Of a stretch of DNA of 64,000 bases, positions 49,609 through 60,708 are shown piece after piece; the first letter of the stretch is position 1, and each line of letters starts with the position of its first letter. The stretch is taken from the NCBI GenBank assembly GCA_963666485.2, contig CAXXUO010000002.1:480001-544000 (forward strand). The letters run 5' to 3'. This DNA is from Syntrophorhabdaceae bacterium (lineage in GTDB: Bacteria > Desulfobacterota > Syntrophorhabdia > Syntrophorhabdales > Syntrophorhabdaceae). Both the position numbers and the translations under genes were made by a program. The notes beneath the pieces were generated by a model. It did not search any database and had not been told where the DNA came from. It saw nothing but the letters and a program-made list of their open reading frames with translations.

Positions 49609-52194
49609 ATGAATTGGGAAAAACTGACGATCAAGGCCCAGGAAGCGATGCAGGAAGCTCAGAAAAGAGCGGAATCGATGGGCCACCAGAGCATAGAGAA
49701 CGAGCATCTTCTTCTCGCGCTCATTTCCCAGAAGGAAGGGATCATACGCCCTATCCTCGAAAAACTCGGCGCAAAGGCAGACATCATTGCCCGGGACCTG
49801 GAGCGCGAACTCAAGAAAGTCCCCCGCGTCGAGGGGGGGCTGGGGCAGACATACATTTCGCCGCGCTTAAAGCAGACACTCGACACGGCCTCCACGGAGG
49901 CGGAAAGACTCAAGGATGAATTTGTCAGTACCGAACACATGCTGATCGGCGTAGCCGACTCCAAGGATTCTCCTGCGGCCGCGATATTGCGCGCGTATGG
50001 AGTTACCAAGGATAGTATCTACACAGTCATGAAGGACCTTCGTGGCACCCAGCGTGTCACCGACCAGGCGCCGGAAGAAAAATACCAGGCCCTGCAGAGA
50101 TATTGCCGCGACCTTACCGAAGAGGCGCGCAAGGGTAAACTCGACCCTGTGATCGGCCGGGACGAAGAGGTACGCAGGGTCATGCAGGTCCTGTCCCGCC
50201 GGACCAAGAACAACCCGGTCATTATCGGCGAACCGGGGGTCGGGAAGACTGCCATAGTCGAAGGGCTCGCACAGCGCATCATATCGGGGGACATACCCGA
50301 GACCCTTAAGAATAAAAGGGTCCTTTCCCTCGATCTGGGGTCGCTTCTTGCCGGGGCAAAATATCGCGGCGAATTTGAGGACAGGTTAAAAGCCGTTCTC
50401 AAGGAAATAGATGAGGCGTCGGGAACGGTCATCCTCTTTATCGATGAGTTGCATACGATCGTGGGCGCCGGCGGTGCGCAGGGGGCGGTAGACGCCTCAA
50501 ACATGCTGAAGCCCGCCCTCGCTCGCGGCGAATTGCGGTGCATCGGCGCCACGACGCTTGATGAATATCGTAAATATATAGAAAAGGATGCGGCTCTCGA
50601 GCGGCGTTTCCAGCCGGTATATGTGGGCGAGCCGTCCGTCGAGGAAACGATCGCCATCCTGCGGGGTTTGAAGGAAAAATACGAGCTGCATCACGGGGTA
50701 AGGATCAATGACCCGGCGATCATCGCCGCTGCCACGCTGTCGCACCGCTACATAACAGACCGCTTCCTCCCGGACAAAGCGATAGACCTCGTCGACGAGG
50801 CTTCGTCGAGGCTTCGTATGGAGATAGACAGCGTACCCACGGAGATAGACGAGATCGACCGCAAGATAATACAGGCCCAGATCGAAATGGAAGCGCTCAA
50901 GAAAGAAAAAGACCCTGCGTCAAAGGAGCGCCGGAAGAAGATACAGAACGAGCTCTCTGCCCTCAAATCTGAAGTGACGGAAAAAAGGAAGCACTGGGAG
51001 AAGGAAAAATCCCTCATCACGGGAATCTCGGAAACGAAGGAAAAGATCGAACAGGCCCGCAGCCACGCGGACGAACTGGAACGCAAGGGTGATTTCGGGC
51101 GGGTCGCCGAGATCCGCTACGGGACGATCTCCGCCCTCGAACAGGAGCTGAAAAAGAAGAACGATGAGCTTGCGGCAGCCCAGAAGGGCAAGAAGATGCT
51201 TAAAGAAGAGGTCGATGAAGAGGATATCGCCCGTGTGGTGTCCAAATGGACGGGCATCCCCGTATCCAAGATGCTCCAGGGGGAAATGGACAAGCTCGTC
51301 CGCATGGAGGAGAACATCCACCGCCGGGTCGTAGGGCAGGACGAGGCCATCGAAGCGGTCGCCAACACCATACGGCGGGCGCGGGCGGGCCTCCAGGACC
51401 CGAACAGGCCGCTCGGGTCGTTTCTTTTCCTGGGGCCGACCGGCGTCGGAAAAACAGAGCTTGCCCGGGCACTGGCGGAATTCCTGTTCGACGATGAACA
51501 GGCGATCGTCCGGATCGACATGAGCGAATTCATGGAAAAACACTCCGTGTCACGACTGATCGGCGCACCTCCCGGGTACGTGGGATACGAAGAAGGAGGA
51601 TACCTCACCGAGGCAATACGCAGGCGTCCCTACTCCATCATACTGCTCGACGAGGTTGAAAAGGCGCACCCCGACGTGTTCAACGTCCTTCTCCAGGTGC
51701 TCGATGACGGGCGCCTGACCGATGGCCAGGGACGCACCGTGGATTTCAAGAACTCCGTCATCATAATGACCTCGAACATCGGGAGCCAGTGGATAACCGA
51801 CCTCACCGAGCGTGATTATGAAGAGATGAAGCGACGCGTCGGTGACGCGGTAAAAGCCCATTTCAAGCCCGAGTTCATTAACCGGATAGACGATATCATT
51901 ATATTCAGAGGACTCACGGTCGAGAATATCAAGGCGATCGTAAAGCTTCAGCTCGACCTCATGGCAAAAAGGGCCCAGGACCGCAACATTACCCTCCTGT
52001 TCACCGACGGTCTCAGGGAGATGATAGCGAAAGAAGGATACGACCCCGCTTACGGGGCACGACCTCTCAAGCGCCTGATACAGAAGAAGATCCAGGACGC
52101 ATTGGCCCTGATGATACTTAAGGGTGAAGTGAAAGACGGGGATACGGTAACGGTGGACGCGGATGCGGCGGGCAATGTGACGTTTGGACGGTAA
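49609..52194 (+). CDS. clpB: ATP-dependent chaperone ClpB
   Basis: Clp N-domain, [15 protein letters not shown], long coiled-coil M-domain, [29 protein letters not shown]. Confidence 0.98.
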   Translation: MNWEKLTIKAQEAMQEAQKRAESMGHQSIENEHLLLALISQKEGIIRPILEKLGAKADIIARDLERELKKVPRVEGGLGQTYISPRLKQTLDTASTEAERLKDEFVSTEHMLIGVADSKDSPAAAILRAYGVTKDSIYTVMKDLRGTQRVTDQAPEEKYQALQRYCRDLTEEARKGKLDPVIGRDEEVRRVMQVLSRRTKNNPVIIGEPGVGKTAIVEGLAQRIISGDIPETLKNKRVLSLDLGSLLAGAKYRGEFEDRLKAVLKEIDEASGTVILFIDELHTIVGAGGAQGAVDASNMLKPALARGELRCIGATTLDEYRKYIEKDAALERRFQPVYVGEPSVEETIAILRGLKEKYELHHGVRINDPAIIAAATLSHRYITDRFLPDKAIDLVDEASSRLRMEIDSVPTEIDEIDRKIIQAQIEMEALKKEKDPASKERRKKIQNELSALKSEVTEKRKHWEKEKSLITGISETKEKIEQARSHADELERKGDFGRVAEIRYGTISALEQELKKKNDELAAAQKGKKMLKEEVDEEDIARVVSKWTGIPVSKMLQGEMDKLVRMEENIHRRVVGQDEAIEAVANTIRRARAGLQDPNRPLGSFLFLGPTGVGKTELARALAEFLFDDEQAIVRIDMSEFMEKHSVSRLIGAPPGYVGYEEGGYLTEAIRRRPYSIILLDEVEKAHPDVFNVLLQVLDDGRLTDGQGRTVDFKNSVIIMTSNIGSQWITDLTERDYEEMKRRVGDAVKAHFKPEFINRIDDIIIFRGLTVENIKAIVKLQLDLMAKRAQDRNITLLFTDGLREMIAKEGYDPAYGARPLKRLIQKKIQDALALMILKGEVKDGDTVTVDADAAGNVTFGR

Positions 52195-52425
52195 GGCTAA
52201 CGGCTAACGGCTAACGGCTAACGGCTAACGGCTAACGGCTAACGGCTAACGGCTAACGGCTAACGGCTAACGGCTAACGGCTAACGGCTAACGGCTAACG
52301 GCTAACGGCTAACGGCTAACGGCTAACGGCTAACGGCTAACGGCTAACGGCTAACGGCTAACGGCTAACGGCTAACGGCTAACGGCTAACGGCTAACGGC
52401 TAACGGCTAACGGCTAACGGCTAAC
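52195..52425. repeat. Perfect tandem array (GGCTAAC)33
   Basis: 231 bp of GGCTAAC starting immediately after the clpB TAA. Confidence 0.95.
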
Positions 52426-52446
52426 AAAGAATAGCGAAGATAGAAG

Positions 52447-52474
52447 AAAAGGCAAGCGGAAAGCTTGCCTTTTT
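52447..52474 (+). terminator. Intrinsic terminator after clpB
   Basis: AAAAGGCAAGC-GGAAA-GCTTGCCTTTTT. Confidence 0.85.
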
Positions 52475-52561
52475 AATTTTTGTTTGGGTTGATGGATTTT
52501 TTATATCTCGGATTCTTTCGTTTCTGTTAGCCTTTCGCCGTTCACTTTCACGTCTTTTTTT

Positions 52562-52593
52562 CCGTTAGCCGTTAGCCGTTAGCCGTACGCCGT
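52562..52593. repeat. Inverted copies (GTTAGCC)3 plus GTACGCC of the clpB-adjacent array
   Basis: CCGTTAGCCGTTAGCCGTTAGCCGTACGCCG. Confidence 0.8.
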
Positions 52594-52603
52594 TTTTTTC
52601 ATC

Positions 52604-52632
52604 TTGACCTTTTTCCCCCCAGTTGTTATATA
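52604..52632 (+). promoter_or_regulatory. Putative sigma70 promoter of tRNA-Val
   Basis: TTGACC-N17-TATATA, 11 nt upstream of the tRNA. Confidence 0.55.
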
Positions 52633-52643
52633 TGGAGTGCTGT

Positions 52644-52718
52644 AGGCGCTTAGCTCAGTGGGAGAGCGCTTCCCTGACGCGGAAGAGGTCAAGGGTTCAA
52701 TACCCTTAGCGCCTACCA
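52644..52718 (+). tRNA. tRNA-Val (anticodon GAC), CCA encoded
   Basis: AGGCGCTTAGCTCAGTGGGAGAGCGCTTCCCTGACGCGGAAGAGGTCAAGGGTTCAATACCCTTAGCGCCTACCA; anticodon arm CTTCC-CTGACGC-GGAAG. Confidence 0.97.
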
Positions 52719-52857
52719 TTTTTTTATATGTCTGTTCGCACTATCGGCGAATATGAGATTAACAAAAGTTAATTCCCATACTTTCAATAACAAACAGAAC
52801 TTATTGGTACGGATTTCCAAGAGCAAGCCGGACCTCTATTTCGGGGCCTTGCCTGTG

Positions 52858-54234
52858 ATGACGCGCCGGGTTTTTTTCTGTATTGTCCTGACCCTTATCC
52901 TGCTTCCCCTGATCGCTTTCGCGCAGACTGCGGTGCAGCCGAAGCAGTCTGCCGCATCAAATACCGCGCCAGCTGCCACTCAGACACCGGCCACCGCCCC
53001 GACGTCGGGCACGGCGCAGCAATTGGGCAACAGTCCCCCGGCTACCTCCCCTCAACAGCCGCCCACTAACATCAAAGAGGCCGGTCTCGCAGCACCCGTT
53101 CCTGCCGGCAATGCCGCACAGGGAGATGTCCCTCAAGCTGTAAATACGCCACCCGCAGCCGAGGCGAGCCCCATACAGTTCAAGCTGAGCACCGACGGGA
53201 CCGTCGCGACCATTCTCTTTGACAAAGACAGCATTGACGCGATGAAAACCGTTATTGCCCAGCTCGAACAGAACGGGGTCCTGGGCAAGGTCAAGGGGAT
53301 CGTTTATTCCGCTGCCGGAATCACCCCGATGCTCGTCCTGATAGGGGAAAAAGATGAACTCGCCCAGAAGCTGGCGATAGTCCGGCAGTTCATACCGGAC
53401 CAGAGCCAGGCACACATGGTGGTAATATCGGCAAGCCTGCGCGAGCTGCAGGACGAGGACGCTTATTATGTTGGTCTTAACCTGAGCCCGGATATCCTGG
53501 GGATAACGCTCGGCGGTACCGGTGCGAGTGCGACCTTTCAGAATTATGATCCCGGCGGAGAGAATCTTAAGACCCAGTATCAGACGAATATCTCTGCGCA
53601 GTTTCCATCTAATTTTACCTTTTCCAGGATCGCCCAATTTCAGGAGGCCTACAACAGGGGCAAGGTCCTTGTGGCCAGCGAGGTTTATACCCGCAACGGG
53701 ACGAAAGCTCTCCTGACAAATATCCAGTCTATCCCGATCTTCACCGTCGACACCAATAAGAATATCTCCACACAGTATCAGAACCTGGAAACAAGCGTCG
53801 ACGTGATACCGACCACGATAGATTATAATAGGGAAAACCCGGAGGATAGTCAGGTAAGAGTGGATGCCCTGGTCAAGATCAGCGTCGTAACAGGGACCCA
53901 GTCATATTCAACCTCCTCCGCGCCATCGTACGCGACGAAAACATTCGCCACGACCCGCGTACTCAAAGCGAACAATGAGCGGTACATAGTAGGGACATTT
54001 GTCAATGATGCCACATACAAAGCACAGCAAGGCATACCTTTTCTCTCGAAAATACCGCTCCTGAAATATCTCTTTTCCCAGGAAACAAACGATGCGCAGC
54101 GCAAAATAGCTATTCTCACGCTTGCCGTCAGGCTTGTCCCGATGAGCGTCAAGGACCTCACGATACAGGTGGACAGGATCGACCCACTGGAGGAACTCTA
54201 TAAACGAAAGGGTACTAAGCCGGGAGAAAGATAA
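52858..54234 (+). CDS. Secretin-family (type II/III secretion/pilus) outer-membrane protein with Pro/Ala/Thr-rich N-terminus
   Basis: Signal peptide (AFA/QT); secretin-like motifs K.LVASEVYTRNG..A, L.V.P, GIPFLSKIPLLKYLF. Confidence 0.72.
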   Translation: MTRRVFFCIVLTLILLPLIAFAQTAVQPKQSAASNTAPAATQTPATAPTSGTAQQLGNSPPATSPQQPPTNIKEAGLAAPVPAGNAAQGDVPQAVNTPPAAEASPIQFKLSTDGTVATILFDKDSIDAMKTVIAQLEQNGVLGKVKGIVYSAAGITPMLVLIGEKDELAQKLAIVRQFIPDQSQAHMVVISASLRELQDEDAYYVGLNLSPDILGITLGGTGASATFQNYDPGGENLKTQYQTNISAQFPSNFTFSRIAQFQEAYNRGKVLVASEVYTRNGTKALLTNIQSIPIFTVDTNKNISTQYQNLETSVDVIPTTIDYNRENPEDSQVRVDALVKISVVTGTQSYSTSSAPSYATKTFATTRVLKANNERYIVGTFVNDATYKAQQGIPFLSKIPLLKYLFSQETNDAQRKIAILTLAVRLVPMSVKDLTIQVDRIDPLEELYKRKGTKPGER

Positions 54235-54453
54235 TCCTCCCGTTGCAATTCCAGGTTTCTCGCCGGGCCGCTTCGTTCCCATGCGCATACGCCAAAGCCT
54301 TTTTGGGATGCAACCCTTAAACCCCGTTTTCCCCAATCTTTTTAACTATAAGAATTGACAAGAGAAACTGAAAAATGGTAATAATATCTTTCTGTTCAGA
54401 CATTGTTTCTCAGGTTTGAAATTAGCAGTTAAAGCAGTTCTAAGGATCGTATA

Positions 54454-56169
54454 ATGGACGAAAACCTCGATATGATACGGCACAGCACGTCTCACCTCAT
54501 GGCGCAGGCGGTGCGGGACCTCTTTCCCGGGGTCAAGGTCGCCATAGGGCCTTCCATTGAAACCGGATTTTATTATGATTTTGACTATGACCCGGGGTTT
54601 ACGGATGAAGACCTGGCGAAGATAGAAAAACGCATGGGCGAGCTTACCGAGATGAATATCCCGATCGAACGCAGGATAATCAAGCGGCAGGACGCCATCA
54701 GGATGTTCGCCGAGATGGGCGAACCCTATAAGGTCGAACTTCTCGAGGCCCTCTCTGACGACGAAGTGAGCATCTACACGCAGGGCAATTTCACTGACCT
54801 CTGCCGGGGGCCCCACCTCGAGTCGACGGGGAAGATCAAGGCGTTCAAGCTTTTGAGCCTTGCGGGGGCATACTGGAGGGGCGACGAGCACAACAAGATG
54901 CTCACCCGTATCTACGGAACGGCATTTGCCGACCGGAAGGCGCTCAAGGAATACCTAACATTCCTCGAGGAAGTTAAGAAAAGGGACCACAGGCGGCTCG
55001 GGAAAGACCTCGATCTTTTCAGCATATCCGACGAGGTCGGGGCCGGATTGGTCATCTACCACCCGAAGGGCGCCCTGCTCCGCTGGCTTCTCGAAGATTT
55101 CGAGCGCAGGGAACACCTCAAGCGCGGTTACGATTTTGTCGTCGGACCCCACATCCTGAAGCTCGACATGTGGAAAAAGTCCGGCCATTTCGAAAATTAC
55201 CGCGAAAATATGTACTTCACGAAGGTCGACGAGGTCGAGTACGGCATCAAGCCGATGAACTGCCTGTCGCACATCATGGTTTACAAGTCCCAGGTGAGGA
55301 GCTATCGCGAGCTGCCCCTGCGGTACTTCGAACTGGGGACCGTCTGCCGGCATGAAAAATCCGGGGTCCTTCACGGGCTCATGCGGGTCCGGGAATTCAC
55401 CCAGGACGATGCCCATATATTCCTGCGCCCCGACCAGCTCCATGACGAGATCCTTGCGATCATCCGGTTCGTTCAGGACGTTATGGACATCTTCGGCTTC
55501 AAGTTCGAAATGGAGATAAGCACCCGGCCGTCCAAGTCCATCGGGAGTGACGAGGATTGGGAAAGGGCCGAAAAAGCCCTGAAAGAGGTCCTTGACAGCC
55601 AGGGCCTGCCGTATGACCTGAATGAAGGTGACGGAGCATTCTATGGACCGAAGATAGACATCAAGCTCAAGGACGCGCTGGGAAGGAAGTGGCAATGTGC
55701 GACCATCCAGTGCGACTTTGCGCTTCCCGAACGCTTTGACCTCCATTACACCGATTCCGACGGCCTCAGAAAAAGGCCTGTTATGCTCCACCGGGTTGTC
55801 CTCGGGGCGCTCGAGAGGTTCATGGGGGTCCTGATAGAGCACTATGCGGGAAAGTTCCCCGTCTGGCTGGCACCCGTCCAGGTCGTTGTCATGAACATCA
55901 CCGATGACCAGGCCGCATATGTCCGGTCAGTGTCCGATGCATTGAAAAGGGAAGAAATCAGGGTCGAAACGGACCTGAGAAATGAAAAACTTGGTTTAAA
56001 AATCCGCGAAAGTGTGGTAAAGAAAATCCCCTATATGGTGATCGCGGGCAAGAATGAGGTGGAGAGCAACACCCTCACCGTTCGCGTGCGCGATGGCGGT
56101 GAGCTGAAAGATATCAGTCTCGAAGATTTTATTGGGCGGGTTAAGGATGAAATTTCAAACAGGAGGTGA
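54454..56169 (+). CDS. thrS: Threonine--tRNA ligase (short form without N-terminal TGS domain)
   Basis: [58 protein letters not shown]. Confidence 0.98.
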   Translation: MDENLDMIRHSTSHLMAQAVRDLFPGVKVAIGPSIETGFYYDFDYDPGFTDEDLAKIEKRMGELTEMNIPIERRIIKRQDAIRMFAEMGEPYKVELLEALSDDEVSIYTQGNFTDLCRGPHLESTGKIKAFKLLSLAGAYWRGDEHNKMLTRIYGTAFADRKALKEYLTFLEEVKKRDHRRLGKDLDLFSISDEVGAGLVIYHPKGALLRWLLEDFERREHLKRGYDFVVGPHILKLDMWKKSGHFENYRENMYFTKVDEVEYGIKPMNCLSHIMVYKSQVRSYRELPLRYFELGTVCRHEKSGVLHGLMRVREFTQDDAHIFLRPDQLHDEILAIIRFVQDVMDIFGFKFEMEISTRPSKSIGSDEDWERAEKALKEVLDSQGLPYDLNEGDGAFYGPKIDIKLKDALGRKWQCATIQCDFALPERFDLHYTDSDGLRKRPVMLHRVVLGALERFMGVLIEHYAGKFPVWLAPVQVVVMNITDDQAAYVRSVSDALKREEIRVETDLRNEKLGLKIRESVVKKIPYMVIAGKNEVESNTLTVRVRDGGELKDISLEDFIGRVKDEISNRR

Positions 56170-56174
56170 GCCTT

Positions 56175-56696
56175 ATAGCAGGTAATAAAGATTTCAAAGA
56201 CATCAACGTCAATGAAAAGATCCGCGTCCGCGAGGTGCGTCTTATCGACGAAAACGGGGAACAGCTGGGCATTGTTCCGACAGTGGACGCCTTAAGGATG
56301 GCGCGGGAAAAGGAGCTCGATCTTGTAGAGGTTTCGGGTAAATCGGCCCCTCCTGTCTGCAAGATCATGGATTACGGGAAGTACAAATACCAGCTGGCAA
56401 AAAAAGCCCAGGAAGCCAAAAAGAAACAGACCGTGATCCAGATAAAGGAAATGAAGATCGGGCTCAAGATCGAGGAGCATGATTTTCAGTTCAAGATGAA
56501 GCACCTGAGGGAATTTCTCGAAGAGGGCCATAAGCTGAAGATCATCATCATGTTCCGCGGAAGGGAGATCCTCCACGTTGACATGGGAGAGAAGCTCGCT
56601 CAAAAAGTTGTGGACTCATTGAAAGATGTAGGGGAACTCGAACAAAGGTCCAGGTTTGACGGCAGAAACATAGTTATGATTTTTGCCCCCCTTTAA
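56175..56696 (+). CDS. infC: Translation initiation factor IF-3 (probable ATA start)
   Basis: N..IR..EVRLI, LDLVEV, PPVCKIMDYGK.KY, MFRGRE; GGAGG lies 8 nt before ATA 56175. Confidence 0.96.
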   Translation: MAGNKDFKDINVNEKIRVREVRLIDENGEQLGIVPTVDALRMAREKELDLVEVSGKSAPPVCKIMDYGKYKYQLAKKAQEAKKKQTVIQIKEMKIGLKIEEHDFQFKMKHLREFLEEGHKLKIIIMFRGREILHVDMGEKLAQKVVDSLKDVGELEQRSRFDGRNIVMIFAPL

Positions 56697-56714
56697 TAGA
56701 AGGAGGATAGATAA

Positions 56715-56912
56715 ATGCCTAAAGTAAAAACCCATAGGGGGCTGGCGAAGCGCGTAAAGGTCACCGCGGGCGGCAAGATAAAACGCGGCAAGGCCTATCA
56801 TAGCCACCTGCTTTCATGTAAGACGCCGAAGATGAAACGCCGGCTTTCAAAGGCCGATACCGTGAATTCGGCAGACGCAAAGAGACTCAAGTCGTTAATA
56901 CCGTATTTATAA
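56715..56912 (+). CDS. rpmI: 50S ribosomal protein L35
   Basis: [17 protein letters not shown]; located between infC and rplT. Confidence 0.97.
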   Translation: MPKVKTHRGLAKRVKVTAGGKIKRGKAYHSHLLSCKTPKMKRRLSKADTVNSADAKRLKSLIPYL

Positions 56913-56928
56913 AGAGAGGTACAGTACC

Positions 56929-57288
56929 ATGCCAAGGGCAAAAAGAGGATTCAAGGCGAGACAGAGAAGGAAGAAAATATTCAAGCTTGCAAGGGGCATG
57001 ACGCAGCGCAGGAAGAATGTATACAGCGTCGCGAAGAGAGCCGTCTTCAAGGCCCTCAAGTATGCTTATATAGGGCGCAAGGAACGCAAGCGCGATTTCA
57101 GGTCACTGTGGATAGTCCGCATCAATGCCGCATGCCGTTCCTACGGTATACCCTACAACCGTTTCATCAACGGGCTGAAAGTGGCCAACATAGCCCTCAA
57201 CAGGAAATCCCTCGCCGATATGGCCGTCAACGATCCCGCCGGGTTCGAGCAGGTTGTCGCAAAGGTGAAGGCCGCCGTAACGCACTAG
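56929..57288 (+). CDS. rplT: 50S ribosomal protein L20
   Basis: [34 protein letters not shown]. Confidence 0.98.
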   Translation: MPRAKRGFKARQRRKKIFKLARGMTQRRKNVYSVAKRAVFKALKYAYIGRKERKRDFRSLWIVRINAACRSYGIPYNRFINGLKVANIALNRKSLADMAVNDPAGFEQVVAKVKAAVTH

Positions 57289-57296
57289 GGTGACGC

Positions 57297-58307
57297 TTGG
57301 ATATTAGCGGACTTAAAGAAAAGATCGAAAGCGAAATATCCCGGATAGCAAATGCTGATGATGTCAAACAGGTCAAGGTGTCCGTCCTCGGCAGGAAGGG
57401 GATCATTGCCGAGTACCTGGACAAGCTCAAAACCCTTGATAAAGACAAGCGCCGCGACGCAGGCAAAGCGATCAATGACGTAAAATCCTGGGCCGACCAG
57501 AGGCTCGGCGAACTGGAGAAACAGTTCGAAGAGATCGAGAGAGGCAAACGGGAGGCCGCCACCCGGATCGATATAACGATGCCGGGCTCTGCACCGCTTT
57601 TCGGCAAAAAGCATCCGATCACACTGACCCTCGAAGAGATAATCAGGATCTTCTCGTCGCTCGGGTTTTCCGTTGCAGAGGGGCCTGATATCGAGACGGA
57701 GCATTATAATTTCGAGGCCCTCAATATCCCTTCGGACCATCCGGCAAGGGATATGCAGGACACATTCTATATAAATCCCGGTGTAGTCCTGAGGACCCAT
57801 ACATCGCCCGTTCAGATACGGACAATGGAGTCACAACTTCCACCGGTCAAGATCATCGCCCCGGGGTGCGTGTACCGGTGCGACAACGACATCTCGCACA
57901 CCCCCATGTTTCACCAGGTCGAGGGACTGATGGTCGATAAGAACGTCCGGTTTTCGGACCTGAAGGGTATATTGAGCATCTTCATACATGAAATGTTCGG
58001 GCCTGATACGCCGCTGAGGTTCCGTCCGAGCTATTTTCCGTTCACCGAGCCCTCGGCCGAGGTCGATATCGGCTGCGTGATATGCCGCGGCGAAGGCTGC
58101 CGGGTCTGCAAGGACACCGGCTGGCTCGAGATACTGGGGTCCGGCATGGTACATCCCCAGGTTTTCCGGAATGTCGGGTACGACCAGGAAGAGATCACCG
58201 GTTTTGCCTTCGGCATGGGCGTCGAACGCATCGCCATGATCAAATTCGGAATAGACGACATCCGCCAGTTCTACTACAACGATGTCAGGTTTCTCGCTCA
58301 GTTCTGA
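57297..58307 (+). CDS. pheS: Phenylalanine--tRNA ligase alpha subunit
   Basis: HPARDMQDTFY, LRTHTSPVQIR, HTPMFHQVEG, FRPSYFPFTEPS, GFAFGMG.ER. Confidence 0.98.
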   Translation: MDISGLKEKIESEISRIANADDVKQVKVSVLGRKGIIAEYLDKLKTLDKDKRRDAGKAINDVKSWADQRLGELEKQFEEIERGKREAATRIDITMPGSAPLFGKKHPITLTLEEIIRIFSSLGFSVAEGPDIETEHYNFEALNIPSDHPARDMQDTFYINPGVVLRTHTSPVQIRTMESQLPPVKIIAPGCVYRCDNDISHTPMFHQVEGLMVDKNVRFSDLKGILSIFIHEMFGPDTPLRFRPSYFPFTEPSAEVDIGCVICRGEGCRVCKDTGWLEILGSGMVHPQVFRNVGYDQEEITGFAFGMGVERIAMIKFGIDDIRQFYYNDVRFLAQF

Positions 58308-58317
58308 GGTGTGATGA

Positions 58318-60699
58318 TTGAAGGTACCAGTTGAATGGCTGAATGAATTTGTTGTCATTGACGTTGACATAGACGACCTCGCAAAAAGCCTGACGATGCG
58401 CGGGCTCGAGGTAGAAGGCGTCGAAAAGATAACGCCCGGTTTCACGGGTGTCGTGGCGGCAACCGTAACGAAGATAGAACCCCACCCGAATGCGGACAAC
58501 CTGTCGCTCTGTTCCGTAAGTACAGGCAAAGAAGATCTTGCGATCGTTTGCGGGGCGCCAAACGTCTCTGTCAATGCCCGGGTCCCGCTTGCAATGGTTG
58601 GCGCCGAGCTTGGCAGCGATTTTAAGGTCACCAAACGCGCCGTGCGCGGGATCGAATCATACGGAATGCTCTGTTCGGAAAAGGAGCTCGGCATATCGGA
58701 CGACCACACCGGGATCTTCATCCTTCCCGACGAGATAACTCCGGGAACGGATCTTTCCCGATCACCCATAGCACACGATACCGTGCTCGACATCAGCGTT
58801 CCGCCCAACAGGGGCGATTGCCTGAGCGTCCTCGGTATCGCTCGCGAAGTAGCAAGTGCATTGCGTCAGAAGGCAAAACTCCCCGTTTTCACTCTGACCG
58901 CCGGGACCGATGAAAGGGTCGAAGACCTAGCGCAGCTCACAATTCAGGACCTCGCCGCATGCCCGCGGTACATCCTGAAATTAATACGGGGTATTTCCAT
59001 CCGCCAGTCTCCCTTCTGGATGCGCCGCAGGCTGACCCGGTGCGGCATGAGGCCGATCAATAATATCGTCGACATAACCAACTATGTCATGCTCGAACTT
59101 GGCCAGCCCCTTCATGCCTTCGATTTCGACCGGCTGTCTGAATCGAGGATCGACGTCAGGGTCGCCCGTGAACGCATGACCTTCAGGACGCTCGACAGCA
59201 TCGACAGGCCGCTCGAGCAGGGTGACATCCTCATTTGCGACGGCTCGGGCCCGGTTGCCATTGCGGGTATCATGGGCGGGGAAAATTCCGAGATCACTGC
59301 TTCGACAACGAACATGGCGCTCGAAAGCGCCTATTTCAACCCCTTCTCGATACGGGCGACGGCCCGGCGCCTCGGCATACGCTCCGAGGCCTCTTTGAGG
59401 TTCGAGAAAGGCATAGACATCGATAATGTCGGATATGCCGCCGACAGGGCGATGTTCCTGATGCATGAGCTCGGCGGCGGAACCGTGTTTAGCGGACAGC
59501 GCGAGATATTCGAAAAGAAAGAGCCGCGTTCCATTTACATTACATACAGCAATATCAACGGTCTTCTCGGGACTCACATCAGCCATGAAGCGGTCATGCG
59601 TTCCTTAAGGTCCATCGACCTGCATGTCATGAAAGAGGATGAGAACGGGTTCACCATATCCATCCCGAATTTCAGGCACGATATTGGCGAAGCCGCAGAC
59701 ATTATCGAGGAGATCTCCCGTGTTCACGGCTTTGAGCATATCCCGGACACCAGCCCGGTAACCGTCCTCAAGCCGCAAAAGCTTACGAACAGGGAACGTT
59801 CTACCGCCATCGTCCGGGAATACTGCCTGGGAACCGGTTTTTTTGAGATCATCAACTTCTCATTCTTCTCTACCAGGGACATCGAGCTTTTCCGCATACC
59901 CGAAAACGACGAACGCAGCCGCTGTGTGCCCATCATGAACCCCATTTCGCGCGATTGGGGGGTCATGCGCACGATGATGATGCCGGCGGTCTTGAAGAGT
60001 TTCGCGTACAACATCAACCGCGGCTCGAAAAACCTGCGATTCTTCGAAAAAGGAAAGGTATTTTACCTTGACGGGCCCCGCAATATACGGGAAGAGACCA
60101 TCCTCTGTTTCGCGTTGACCGGAAGGGAGAAGGAATATTTTTGGAAAGAGAAATACCCGGAGTATGATTTCTTCGATATGAAAGGGGTCGTAGAAGGTCT
60201 GCTGGAGCGGCTTGGCGCAAACTGCGAGTTCGCCCCAACCGCTGAACCCTTCCTTGACCAGGGTTGTTCCGCTGACGTCATGATCGATGGCGTCAAGGCC
60301 GGCTGGATAGGCTCGATCCGGGACGACATCGTGAAAGTCTATGAAATTGAACAAACTATTTATTGCGCTGAGTTACGATTTGATATAATCTTACAAAAAG
60401 GGAACCTTACACTTCAGTACAAGCCGATACCCCGTTTTCCGCAGGCGACCCGGGATTTTTCGTTCTTCGTGGACGACTCCGTGCCGATAGCCGCGCTTGT
60501 AAAGAAGATAAAGGGTATCTCACCCCTTATAGTTTCCGTCGGGATATTCGATATGTTCCGAAAGGAGAAGCGAAGTGTATCCATACGGGTTGTATTCCAG
60601 TCATATGAAGAAACTCTCACCGACGAGCGCGTCAATTCCCTGCAGGAAAAGATCATCGGCGAGATGACAAATATTGATGGAATTTCGTTAAGGGCATAA
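58318..60699 (+). CDS. pheT: Phenylalanine--tRNA ligase beta subunit
   Basis: HPNADNL, CGAPN, GM.CS..ELG, PNRGDCLS, VD.TNYVMLE.GQPLHAFD, RFEKG.D, FP...RD. Confidence 0.97.
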   Translation: MKVPVEWLNEFVVIDVDIDDLAKSLTMRGLEVEGVEKITPGFTGVVAATVTKIEPHPNADNLSLCSVSTGKEDLAIVCGAPNVSVNARVPLAMVGAELGSDFKVTKRAVRGIESYGMLCSEKELGISDDHTGIFILPDEITPGTDLSRSPIAHDTVLDISVPPNRGDCLSVLGIAREVASALRQKAKLPVFTLTAGTDERVEDLAQLTIQDLAACPRYILKLIRGISIRQSPFWMRRRLTRCGMRPINNIVDITNYVMLELGQPLHAFDFDRLSESRIDVRVARERMTFRTLDSIDRPLEQGDILICDGSGPVAIAGIMGGENSEITASTTNMALESAYFNPFSIRATARRLGIRSEASLRFEKGIDIDNVGYAADRAMFLMHELGGGTVFSGQREIFEKKEPRSIYITYSNINGLLGTHISHEAVMRSLRSIDLHVMKEDENGFTISIPNFRHDIGEAADIIEEISRVHGFEHIPDTSPVTVLKPQKLTNRERSTAIVREYCLGTGFFEIINFSFFSTRDIELFRIPENDERSRCVPIMNPISRDWGVMRTMMMPAVLKSFAYNINRGSKNLRFFEKGKVFYLDGPRNIREETILCFALTGREKEYFWKEKYPEYDFFDMKGVVEGLLERLGANCEFAPTAEPFLDQGCSADVMIDGVKAGWIGSIRDDIVKVYEIEQTIYCAELRFDIILQKGNLTLQYKPIPRFPQATRDFSFFVDDSVPIAALVKKIKGISPLIVSVGIFDMFRKEKRSVSIRVVFQSYEETLTDERVNSLQEKIIGEMTNIDGISLRA

Positions 60700-60708
60700 G
60701 GAGGAGGA

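Noticed and set aside
52195..52425. CRISPR array or telomere-like repeat
   Set aside because: 7-bp units without spacers, no cas genes, and an internal chromosomal position.
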